Origin: Octopus bimaculoides
Lineage: Eukaryota
Assembly: GCF_001194135.2 (NCBI RefSeq)
Contig: NC_068984.1
Coordinates: forward strand, 486,024-550,023
DNA: 64,000 nt
Direction of reading: 5' to 3'
In this document: piece after piece, positions 52,484-64,000 of the stretch
Numbering within the stretch: the first letter of the stretch is position 1
How the letters are laid out: each line of letters begins with the position of its first letter
Program-made: the position numbers and the translations under genes
Notes under the pieces: generated by a model
The model's database searches: none
What the model was told of the DNA's origin: nothing
What the model saw: only the letters and a program-made list of their open reading frames with translations

Positions 52484-54553
52484 TTGCGCTTCACACCAAA
52501 GCTTCTCCCCTCCGATAAATTACTTGCAAACAGTTAGAATTGAGAATTGCCCAACAGCAGCGTCTGGTCTTCGTCGTTGCTTTCTACACGGAAAATGGAT
52601 CATTTCATTGTCACCTCTACGTGATTCTGCCTCGGCAACAGGTGACATATTGCTCGTTGATGTGCCTCGATTTTTTACGAATCCAATATAACCGAGAAGT
52701 GTGTGTGTGTGTGTGTGTGAGTGAGTGAGACAGACAGTGATCCGGGCTCGATCGGTGTTGGATCTCTTGAACGAATAACTAATATTTGTCTCTCTAGAAA
52801 TGTATCTTACCGGTCTCCCGTTTCATTGTTTGTGGAGACATCGATTATTCATTGGGCCCAAATTCAATTTCTGCTGGGCTGAAGTATAATCCTTTTGCAG
52901 ACCTAATGTTTGTAAAGCCTCATCGTCAGATATATCCATCCGTTTTTCTTTTAAGACGGTAGCGCTATCGTATGATTTGTGGTCAGATTTGGCTATCATT
53001 TCTAACTGGGTGGTCGATTATCCTTGATTTGAGTGAGTGTAAGTTTGGTTATCAGACAGCTGGACTCTGTATTAATTCGGCCGAGCATTGATCTGACTAT
53101 GAATGAAAGCCTCAGCAGAGAAGTTCCAACTGGATTTCAGGACATGATAAAGCACGACCTTGTTTGCGGTTTAGGTATTGGATAGTGATTCGTAAGAGAG
53201 GGTTTGGCGGCAACCAGGCAAGATTACTCACGACTGGAAGAAAGATTTCTCAAATAGGCTCACGCTTAGAACTTGCAAAAGTGGAAGCGTGAGAAAGAAC
53301 AGGCATTAATGTATTTCTGTTATAAATTTTATCGACCCCGGATAAAATGTAGCAAAATCGCTCTCAGTAGGAAGTGAACTCAGATTTCAGATGGACGAAA
53401 TAATACAAATGAAACAAACCGAATTTCTTCAGTGCAATGACTATACAGCTCGGGACCAGTATTCTTACAAAGGTAACCGTTAGATCATAAAAAGAGGAGT
53501 TGGGTCATACAGAGCATAGCATCCCTGTTTGATGCCCTAACAATCCCTGGAATGGTAATTTATTTTGGACAACATCAGAACCGGGGAGAGAGGACGCTTC
53601 CATGCTTGGGTAACTGTTAAATATTCTATTAACCCTTTGCCGGTTTTGTGCATTATATATGGTATACATTCCCATTTTTCTTTTCAGTCACCAGAATAAC
53701 TTGGCTCTTATGGAAGGAAAACTTTATAATATTTAGAATGCATGAAACAAGGGCGAACTAAAAGACTGAAAACATGCATGGACGTTTGGGATAAAATTGT
53801 GAAAATGTTATGGACAAACAAAGGATTAAGCAAACCCTTGTCTACTTTGTACCAGGGGCAGATATTTTCTAGGGATTAATACTCAGTGTATCTAGAACAG
53901 ACAACAAATACCGTTTATTGATCGTTATTGCGGAGTTGTTTATTTACATGTCGAATATGTGAGTACACTGTAAGTACACTGTACTCCCACCGCTGTCTCT
54001 TTCTTTCTTATAGCCTTCCCGCTCCATTATCTGTCTCTCATAGGCGACATATGTCGTAGGTTTATTGTTTGTGATTTAAATAGTGATAAGCAGCGACGAA
54101 ATCAAATATTTATCACCATTTTAGGTTTTCGAATAGAATCGATGCCAGCCTACCCCGCACCGCACCCACAACATCGAGAACAAGAACAATAACCGGCAAT
54201 TTTATTATTATTGATGTCCCATTTACGACAGATGTAATCATCTTTATGTCTTGTTAAATAAATTAATCAAATGATTCTTAATGTGTGTGTGTGTGTATGC
54301 ATGCATGTGTGTGTGTATGCATGCATGCATGTGTGTGTGTGTGCGCACATATATCGCATTACTTAGACGCTACGCTCCTGTAAATAATGTATTCTCTTCC
54401 TGTATACACACATGAATGTATACACTCTTACACACATACGTGTCTAGGTGGACAGATACAGGCGTTGTACGTATCTGCGCATGTTTGTGAGTTAGAGTAC
54501 GAGATGTTGCCAACACATACACACATAAGCACGCGCACGCACGTACACTCATA

Positions 54554-54599
<46 letters not shown>

Positions 54600-54904
54600 N
54601 NNNNNNNNNNNNNNNNNNNNNNNNNNNNNNNNNNNNNNNNNNNNNNNNNNNNNNNNNNNNNNNNNNNNNNNNNNNNNNNNNNNNNNNNNNNNNNNNNNNN
54701 NNNNNNNNNNNNNNNNNNNNNNNNNNNNNNNNNNNNNNNNNNNNNNNNNNNNNNNNNNNNNNNNNNNNNNNNNNNNNNNNNNNNNNNNNNNNNNNNNNNN
54801 NNNNNNNNNNNNNNNNNNNNNNNNNNNNNNNNNNNNNNNNNNNNNNNNNNNNNNNNNNNNNNNNNNNNNNNNNNNNNNNNNNNNNNNNNNNNNNNNNNNN
54901 NAAA

Positions 54905-56100
54905 TCATAAGACTTGGAAGGCAGCTCCTTGCGCATCATTCCTTGTCTGATAGCCTTAAATACATGCTCAAAGACGTCACACGACTCTACGGCAACGTGT
55001 CATCAGATGAAAGGATGAGCCTATATGAGCAGAAGACCATGCATGGATGTGTTAGTTGGAAGCTCAGAGATGAGAGTAACATTGATCATCAAAGCATATC
55101 ATGGACCAATAACTGGATTGTTGACTCCCACTTTGAAGGGTGTGCGTTTGCAATCCTGGAACAAGAAATATCAACCAAATACCCGATGCACAAAAGGGAC
55201 AGAAATGCAGGAAAAGTAGTAAAATGTGACAACCGATGCAGACTTTGTGGGGTTCACACTGAAGATATCATCCACACCATAAACAGATGTCTGAAAATGT
55301 CATCGCGGTATTATCTAGCGATGAGACACGAGGTTATGAATAGGACACTCTATAATGAAATCCGTTGGAAGGACAAACCCGAGGACAAAGAAATAAGAAC
55401 CCACAGTATGGCAGAAGCCATAGCCACACATAATAAAAAGAAAGATGTACTGGTGGAATGTACCTGTAAAATGTAAGCACAACAGACTTGATATAATGAT
55501 TCGGGATAGAGAAGAGAAACTGTGCACAGTTGTGGAAATCTGTTGCCCAGTGGATGTTGACTTAAAGCTGAAGATCAGTGATAAAGAGNNNNNNNNNNTA
55601 GAGAAGAGAAACTGTGCACAGTTGTGGAAATCTGTTGCCCAGTGGATGTTGACTTAAAGCTGAAGATCAGTGATAAAGAGAACACCTATGCTGAACTATC
55701 GAGAAATCTGCAGTTACTCTTTCTAGATTACAAGTTCTGGTTTATACCTGTAACTATTGGGGCTCTGGGATATGCAACACACTGCCTAAATACCAATCTT
55801 GAGAAATTAGGCTTCTCAAAACCAGAAAGGAGAAAGCTAATTCGAAGACTACAGATCCAATCCATCACTGGAAAAATCCGTAAAACTTTCCAAACTTTAT
55901 CATTTAAGTATATACGAGCATGTCTAGATATGCAACTATATGCACGAGAATACATACAAAAAACAAAACATACAAATCTATACATACATACATATATACA
56001 AATAAAAATACCCTATTGTTGATGTTGAAATTCCAATGAATCTAGGTTAGAAACAGTCTCTTTCTCTATCGGCAAGAAATCAAGAAATAAAATTGAATAA
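54905..56100 (+). mobile_element. RLE LINE family 2, 3' third (CCHC plus RLE plus 3' UTR)
   Basis: SHFEGCAFAILEQEISTKY..CRLCGVHTEDIIHTINRC..RHE; HNRLDIMIRD..VEICCP..YKFWFIPVTIGALG; UTR GTTGATGTTGAAATTCCAATG..TTAGAAAC. Confidence 0.88.
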
Positions 56101-56499
56101 TGACATACACACATACATACTGAATTGTATACCTAGATACAGGCTTATACACATATATATATCCATCTACATACATGCATATATATATACATATATATAT
56201 CCATCTACATACATGCATATATATATACATATATATNNNNNNNNNNTACTGCATTTGTAGCGCCGAACTACTTTTGGTAAAGCCGTGTTGTTTAAAGTTA
56301 AAAAACACCATAGAAATCCTGTGACAGTTTGGTTTGATTACAGAAAGACATTCGATTCCATTGCTCATTCCTGGCCACTGAAGTCAACTGGCAAAAGGTA
56401 TTGGCTGACTTAGTTCCTAACATTTGAAGAATCACGAAGACCTACAAACCTCGAACTTGTAAATGAATTTAAGAATATATGTCTGCTGTTATAAATATT

Positions 56500-58220
56500 T
56501 CAACATGAACATTCCAAGGTGACAATCTGCCCGTGCTTCCATTTAATTAGAGCCTTAATCTTTAGTCATGTCTTTTACGATGACACACTGACGACATCTA
56601 TAGGATCTACAACAGCAAGAGACTCTAATGTAATCCTTAATTTCTTCGTAGACCATCGAAAGATTCGTGCACGAAATAGTTTCAATGGTAAGAAAGAGCT
56701 GGATTTAATGACAAGATTTTCTGCTGATTTAAAGATGGAATTTGGCCAAAAGGAATCTTCATGTTTAACAATCGGTCGTGAAACAATTGAACTTGGAAAA
56801 ACCGTTCCATTGCATCAATGACCTCTCAATCTCTCCCCCTTCTCTCTCTTTTTCCCTATCTATCTCTCTTTCTCTCTCCTGTTCCAGAAAATAAAAAAAA
56901 TTCTACAAATATTCAGGTATTGATGAAAATATATAATGCAAAGTTACTGTGAATAAAAATAGAATAAGCAAAGTATTTAATACTCGACTAAAAAGAATAT
57001 GGCTGAGCGTTGCTCTTACAAGATAATATCATACAATGTATTTGCAGTATCCGTACTGAAACCAATATATGAGATACTCGACTGGTTTATAGATGTCCAG
57101 AGACATTAAAGCCCGCAAGATTATAATAGTGACTGCACATTTCCGCAGAAACAGTTATATTGACAGACTCTGACTAAAGAAGAGACGGAGAAAATGGTTA
57201 GGGTTGAGATATGCGGAAAGGTTGAATCTTATATTATACAGCTTAGTTATTATCTACAAAACAACGTCAAACAAGAGTTCAAAACTAAAGCGAATGATAT
57301 CATAGAGGTCGCCGTGAAATCTTCTTGATGACCTCTCGTGTAGACAAAGGTGTGTAGCACCTGAAAGCAAAACAGTCTATATACCGCAGAAATATTATGC
57401 ATAGGAAAGTTTACTGTAAACTTGAGGATGATAATATCAACATGAAGTATAGCCTCTGTTGGACTCATGGCATTTACAACACGTCACATCTCGAAGCAAG
57501 AGATAATTACGAAATAGCTTATGGAAAAAACGGGACAGCGAAGATCTTAAATTCCCATGATGCAACTGAAAATGTTGATTATGTTCCTCTTCTGAAGCGA
57601 ACACATTACATATAACCAGCAGCTGTTCCCAAATGTCATAGTACCTCCCACTGTTAAATGCTGCTTTAGCTAAAACAATATACAATGCCATCTTCAGAAA
57701 GAACTGGACAGAGATAAATATAAAGGAGACTTCTACCATGGGACATATATCACACAAATCAGCACAAGGAATATCGGTGGAACATTGCGTCAAAACTCTG
57801 ACCAAGGGTAAACACAACAGACCGGATTTCGTTATTGGAGGCAGAACAGAAAGACCTTGTATCATCGTAGAGATTGGTATAGGTTACTGGCTCCGGAGAT
57901 GGAGACACGGGTTCGAAAACGAGCGAGGAGGAGAATTGCTTCGAAAACTGCAGTTTCTCTACCCTGATTATAAATTCACATTTATACCAGTAATTATTGC
58001 CGTGCATGGTTATGCTAGTAAATGATAACCTGATAAAGATAGGATTATTAAGAAGAAATGAGGCCGGCTAACACAAACTTTACAGAGACAATCTGTAAGT
58101 GGAACAGTACAAATATGCAAGACCTTCTTAAAGTTCAATGCATGACAATAATTGTTATCAAAATTCCAGCGTTGGAGTTTTGTTTCTTTATTAGTAACCA
58201 GCTCTTTTCTTCTAGAAAGA
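56500..58220 (+). mobile_element. Older RLE LINE family 2 copy (RT remnant to 3' UTR)
   Basis: NFFVDHRKI..FSADLKMEFGQ (RT), HNRPDFVI..IVEIG..LQFLYPDYKFTFIPVII and TVQICKTFLKF. Confidence 0.75.
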
Positions 58221-58384
58221 ATTGTAATAAGTAAAAATGTGAAGCCATAAAACACACGTGCGCGCGCGCGGGGGATGCACTCACATACACACATTATGAG
58301 TAAATTATCGCCTTCTTATATTTTTTTATTTCGCACATGTGCATGGTTTGTTTTTGATTTTGTCGACTACACAGTATAGTAGAG

Positions 58385-58492
58385 TCAGTTAGGCACCGTC
58401 TGTGAGAAACGACATGCTGTATTGCTTGGCATTCACGCTGGAAGTTCCAATACGAACATTTCAGAGTGTTTGGGTGTCAATCTGAGGCCATG
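58385..58492 (+). mobile_element. Tc1/mariner transposase N-terminal fragment
   Basis: KRHAVLLGIHAGSSNTNISECLGVNLR resembles the first HTH of Tc1/maT-type transposases. Confidence 0.5.
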
Positions 58493-58691
58493 GTAAATAT
58501 ATCTGTTAAAATGAGATGTGTTATTTTAGAAAAAATAAATAAGTAAATGTAGAGGCAGAGTCAGTTTACTAATGTAATACCTTAGTAATCCTGGGTATCC
58601 TTACATCTGCTTCTCAAACCGCTCAAGTTTAAACTCCTTGAGCACTATTAAGTGTATTCTATACGAAGAATATTTGATTCTCAGTTATGAA

Positions 58692-58804
<113 letters not shown>

Positions 58805-59158
58805 GTGCTTCTAATAAGTGGGAACAGTTAGATATAGTTTACAGCAGCAATGTGAAAGAATAATATAAGAAAATGATAAGATATCGAAATAATAGACAAA
58901 TAATAAGTGTGTTGGAGTTTAAAATGTCTAGAGAGAGATAGAGGGGGACAGTTACATTGACAGACTTTCAGATGGGTTGGCAAATCGATTGCTAGGTTGA
59001 TAGATAGATCGATAAATAGGCGATAAGGAATTAGTGAATGATCGGTAGAGAAATTAGAGATGAATGCCTAGAAAGGGGAAGCGAGGTTTAAGATATATAA
59101 CAACATCACAAAGTAGGAAATTGAAAAATAATACATACGCACACGCACATTTATATAC

Positions 59159-59265
<107 letters not shown>

Positions 59266-60034
59266 TACTGATAGGGAGGTAGGTAAATAGATGGTTGACA
59301 AATAAATAGAATACACCAATAGAATTACACAAAAAGTAAAGTAAATTTAATAAGGAAATACGATAGACTTGGCGCATCGTTACTGGATTAAGAGTTAATG
59401 TCCAGCGTTGAGCGCTTTCCAGTTTAAAATCTCATCATAGCGACGTCTTGTTTATTTTGCCATAGATAACTTGACAAATTGGGTGTTCGGACACTCATTG
59501 TTCACAAATACAATATATGTACACAAAAACATATATATAGTATATACATAGTATATATGTTTTTTTCCTCTTGTCCAGCTAAACTAACAAGACATCTTAT
59601 TGTCTGTTATAGTATTTTATAACCATATATTATATTGTTATATTTTAGACTCATATTGCTGTAAACTAAATAGAGAACTACATTGATTTTAAGACACACT
59701 GTGAAACAATGTGAGCATATTGTCTGAGACGCATCAATGACTTATCTATCTATCTATCTATTCACCAATCTTTGTTTATTTGTTTTTTGTCTTTGCTACT
59801 GTACACATTCGCTAGCTTTCTTACAAAGGGGTCTAATGCTCTTAGCTTAAACTTTTGAGGGGGGGGGCAACCAGATCGAACCATCTCAAATGTAACTGTC
59901 TGAAACGGTCGTGACTTCTGGGACTTGACTGAAGAAAGAAAGCCAAGAATGACCCGTCTTTTTCGCCTGTCCTCCTCATTGTTGTTTCTCTTGTCCGCCT
60001 TTGTGTTGTCTATCTGTCCGAACGTTTTAATGCC

Positions 60035-60360
60035 AGGCGCGGGAGTGGCTGTGTGGTAAGTAGCTTGCTTACCAACCGCATGATTCTGGGTTCAGTCCCA
60101 CTGCGTGGCACCTTGAGCAAATGTCTTCTACTATAGCCTCGGGCCGACCAAAGCCTTGTGAGTGGATTTGGTAGATGGAAACTGAAAGAAGCCNNNNNNN
60201 NNNATGCTGGTGTGTTTACGTCTCCGTAACTTAGCGGTTCGGCAAAAGAAACCGATAGAGTAAGTACTTTGCTTACAAAGAATAAGTCCTGGGTCGATTT
60301 GCTCGACTAAAGGCGGTGCTCCAGCATGGCCGCAGTTAAATGACTGAAACAAGTAAAAGA
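60035..60360 (+). mobile_element. tRNA-derived CORE-type SINE (family A), 10-N gap inside
   Basis: GGAGTGGCTGTGTGGTAAG (A box), GGGTTCAGTCCC (B box), GTGGCACCTTGAGCAA and the tail CCAGCATGGCCGCAGTTAAATGACTGAAAC. Confidence 0.9.
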
Positions 60361-60369
60361 GTATATCAT

Positions 60370-60705
60370 CATGAAAGAGAAAATGTTGATGAATATGGAG
60401 ACCTGAGAATTGAGATCGCTAAGATGTCGTTGCTGCAAGAGTTGAACATAAAGATTATCCCTATTGTCATCGGAGCATTGGGTTCAATACCACCCAATCT
60501 GAAAAAAAAACATCTGAAAACCTTAGAAATACCCCCACAATCTAGATGTATTGCAAAAGTTGGCATCACTTGGAACTGCATGCATATTGCGTAAAGTACT
60601 GTCTGTCTGAGGTCCTTGTTGTGACTTGACAAACAGTACAAACCCCTCGGTACACACAACATCTTCAATCAACAACCTCACGATGTTGTATACAGTGCAA
60701 CATCT

Positions 60706-60738
<33 letters not shown>

Positions 60739-60820
60739 GGAGTTTCTACAAAAAGTTTGCGTCTTAAGGACAGGAAAGATTATGAGGAAGGTCTTAAGCA
60801 CTTGAAAAGACTATTGAAAT
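60370..60820 (+). mobile_element. Two RLE LINE 3' stubs separated by (AAT)n
   Basis: EYGDLRIEIAKM..IKIIPIVIGALGSIP, then (AAT)n at ~60706-60734, then EFLQKVCVLRTGKIMRKVLST*. Confidence 0.75.
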
Positions 60821-61507
60821 CTTGTGGATAGCTAAGCTTTCAAGCAGTAACTCGCTACCCACATTGATTCTACCAGAAGTAAAAACAAACCTCAGTCAAG
60901 TCAATAATAATGATGATGGTGGTGATGATTATGATGATCGTGATGATAATAACGGTGGTGATGATGATGATGATGGTGATGGTGGTGGTGAGGGTGATGA
61001 TGAAAATGGTGATGAAGGTGATGATGATGATGATAATGATGATATTTCGGCAGCTGGATAAAGGAGATTGAAGCTGGGTTTCCCGTAGAGCATCTAAATA
61101 TTTGCTTTTTAGGAACAGGAAACACTATGAGGAGGGTTTTGGGTTCCTGATGGCTTATTGAAATGATGAGGATATCTACGGTTACACGTCTAAATTCTAC
61201 CAGGAATAAGACCAATCTTCTGCAAAGATGATAATGGGTTCAAATTCTGGCACAATATTAGCAAGAGGGGGGGGGCGTTAGTTTATTATATTGACCCCAG
61301 TACTTGACTGATAGGTTTGTTTTTTCGACCCCGAAAGGATGACAGTTAAAGCATTTATGTAAATTAAATTCTGCACTTATTTTCTCTCTTACAATTCTAC
61401 TAAATTGTTTACGATGCTTATATCAATGGTGGACTTATTGTATACAAGGCTCAAGTGCACTCAATTCCTACATTTTGTGCATTTTCATCCATTTTGGGTT
61501 TGTATGT

Positions 61508-61900
61508 TATACTAGTAATATATCCCGGTGTTGCCCGGGTGTTATGACCTACAGCCACATTGTATTATTTGTTGCTTTCTTATGGGCAGAATCGGCACAA
61601 CTGATATATAGTGAACTGGATTACTGGCGTAATGCAAGTTATTGTTTGTTTAAAAGTGAAGTGGGAGGGTACAATTTGCATGAGTTTGCATGAAAGTGCT
61701 TTCTGTTCCTAAGAAGATTCAGAAACTATGTATTGTTTCATCGTATAAAAGAGGTCAATACGATTTTGCCCAAAGATCACCTTTTCAAAAATTCATTCCC
61801 CCCGTTCCTACTGCAATTTCTTAATTTGTAACTTTCTTCGTTTTTTTTTTAATCTACGTAGAAAAATACAGTGATTACGAATCTGGGAAATATATATTTC
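61508..61900 (+). mobile_element. Possible Helitron-like non-autonomous element
   Basis: Starts ACTAGTAATATATCCCGGTGTTGCCCGGG, similar to the ACTAG..CCCGGCGTTGCCCGG termini of Helitron/Helentron-type elements; right boundary not found. Confidence 0.35.
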
Positions 61901-62847
61901 TTTAAGTTTAATTGTTCTTAAAAAAACACTCAGTGGCCCTTCCAACAGCTGGCCATCAACAATCCGCTTTCAAAAAGCTAAAACCTCCCAATGTTTCACT
62001 TTCGTCTGATGTTTCACGCATGCGTAGAATTCTACTGAAATAGCAGACGTAAAAAATACCAGACCACCACCAGAAAACCTGACATGCTAGAAACAACAGG
62101 TACACAACATTATTTCTGAAGTAACTTCCCGCTTTTCAAAAAAATAAAAGTGAAACATTGAGAGTTTGTAGCATTCTGAAAGTGGTGAAGTGAAGGGTGG
62201 ATGGTTGGGAAGGGGATTCTAGTGATTCTTTAAGAAGAAAGGAAGAAGAAAATTCTTAAAGATTCGTACTCCGTTTTTCTTTTTGTCTGTGGATTATCAA
62301 GGCAAAAATTTGGAAAAAATTAAAGAATGAAGAANNNNNNNNNNNNNNNNNNNNNNNNNNNNNNNNNNNNNNNNNNNNNNNNNNNNNNNNNNNNNNNNNN
62401 NNNNNNNNNNNNNNNNNNNNNNNNNNNNNNNNNNNNNNNNNNNNNNNNNNNNNNNNNNNNNNNNNNNNNNNNNNNNNNNNNNNNNNNNNNNNNNNNNNNN
62501 NNNNNNNNNNNNNNNNNNNNNNNNNNNNNNNNNNNNNNNNNNNNNNNNNNNNNNNNNNNNNNNNNNNNNNNNNNNNNNNNNNNNNNNNNNNNNNNNNNNN
62601 NNNNNNNNNNNNNNNNNNNNNNNNNNNNNNNNNNNNNNNNNNNNNNNNNNNNNNNNNNNNNNNNNNNNNNNNNNNNNNNNNNNNNNNNNNNNNNNNNNNN
62701 NNNNNNNNNNNNNNNNNNNNNNNNNNNNNNNNNNNNNNNNNNNNNNNNNNNNNNNNNNNNNNNNNNNNNNNNNNNNNNNNNNNNNNNNNNNNNNNNNNNN
62801 NNNNNNNNNNNNNNNNNNNNNNNNNNNNNNNNNNNNNNNNNNNNNNN

Positions 62848-62888
<41 letters not shown>

Positions 62889-62890
<2 letters not shown>

Positions 62891-63060
62891 TGTTTGTGTG
62901 TTTAACCCCGTCACCAAATGGTACGATAGGAGAGAACGATTGAATAAAAGTACAAGACTTTATACTACAAGCCCGGGGGTTGATTCATTCGACTGAAAGT
63001 TCTTCGAGGTAATGCCCCAGCATGGCCGTAATCTAATGTCTGAAACAAGGAAAAGATAAA
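62889..63060 (+). mobile_element. SINE 3' part related to family A
   Basis: GGGGTTGATTCATTCGACT..CCCCAGCATGGCCGTAATCTAATGTCTGAAACAAG; the 5' part is lost in the gap. Confidence 0.6.
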
Positions 63061-64000
63061 AATATAAGACAAGTCCAAAATTATCCGCCCTTGCGCCATA
63101 ACTTATCTTCATTATTGTCATGCTGCCTTCTGCGCATGCTTGCTTATATTTCGTACTATTGTGGTCACGTGATCGAAGTTTGAACCTGAGATTTGCCCTC
63201 GTATAATAGATATACAGGCACACACCAAAATATGGAAATATAACAAGTACTGAAAATACTGAAAGGCACACACACACATACATATGTGACCCTGCCTAAC
63301 TGTCCGAGTTTTCTTGCTATTACTTTAAATACATCAACAGTCAATCCATTTGTGACAATTGCAACGGAGAGCATAGTAAAAGATGCAATCGCCGACTTCG
63401 CACATTTACAGTAAGACTCTCAGCCATTTCTATGCTCTGTCAATCGTCTGTCGCTCTTTTGTTAGTGTTTATACTCACAGCATAGCCACATAGCAATTCT
63501 GTCTAAATTCTTCCTTAGCCGGCCACATTTCACACTCCTCTTCTATAACCACCATCAGCAACACAACTACGACCGCTGAAACTAGTACCACCAACAGTAC
63601 CACCACTTCCGCTAACACTTCCATCACAACCACCACAATCATGACGACAGCGGTGACCTATAATGTATTTGCTTGTTTATCACAATTTTATCGACCCCTG
63701 AACGATGAAATTGTATAATTGACCTCGGCGAGATTTGATCTTAAAACGTAAAGGTGAAGTAACGACATAGTGCAAGCCCAATACTCTGCCGAAGTTACCA
63801 ATCGACCACCCATCGATTAATTAAAATTATCTCAACTAAATTGTTACTTGTCATATGATAAGTAACTTGGGAATTATGCGTTTGCCATCGTGGGGAAACT
63901 TGATACAAATCAAATCATGATTATTGTAAGCATGCCCTATATTTTTATTATTTCCTGACCAGATCCAATTGTTTCTTAAAAAATAAAAAGTATATTCCTA

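Noticed and set aside
55507-55680. Exact 82-bp tandem duplication inside the RLE LINE ORF
   Set aside because: The two copies (55507-55588 and 55599-55680) flank a 10-N gap, which is the signature of unmerged contig overlap.
56150-56236. ~38-bp tandem duplication of a TA/CA-rich unit
   Set aside because: Low-complexity sequence directly beside a 10-N gap; likely slippage or an assembly artefact.
58375-58492. Apparent AG..GT-bounded 118-bp exon
   Set aside because: The only long open reading matches a Tc1/mariner transposase N-terminus, and all three frames from that acceptor hit stops.
60822-61215. Asp-rich and His-rich ORFs on opposite strands
   Set aside because: (GAT/GGT)n trinucleotide microsatellite; the same applies to 7040-7160 and 11380-11620.

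Overview
AT-rich, repeat-saturated eukaryotic DNA with many N-gaps that sit inside (TA)n/(CA)n microsatellites. The SINE families and the 5S sequence point to an octopus or other cephalopod (inference). I could not support any host protein-coding gene, so the window looks intergenic or deep-intronic. Nearly all recognisable sequence is decayed mobile DNA: about 15 fragments of restriction-like-endonuclease (RLE; R4/Dong-type) LINEs in two families, plus CR1-type and RTE LINE pieces. There are also four Penelope-like GIY-YIG/RT fragments, Tc1/mariner remnants, an hAT-type MITE with an 8-bp TSD, and many tRNA-derived SINEs. The most notable items are: (1) a full-length 5S rRNA copy fused to a SINE/LINE-type 3' tail whose stem-loop shows compensatory changes; (2) a ~480-bp near-perfect hairpin; (3) two Penelope-associated minimal hammerhead ribozyme motifs; (4) a mariner derivative built from two inverted 3' ends; (5) two RLE-LINE families that end in different microsatellites, (AAT)n and (ATAC)n. 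Most boundaries of decayed repeats are approximate and all family names come from motif recognition by eye.
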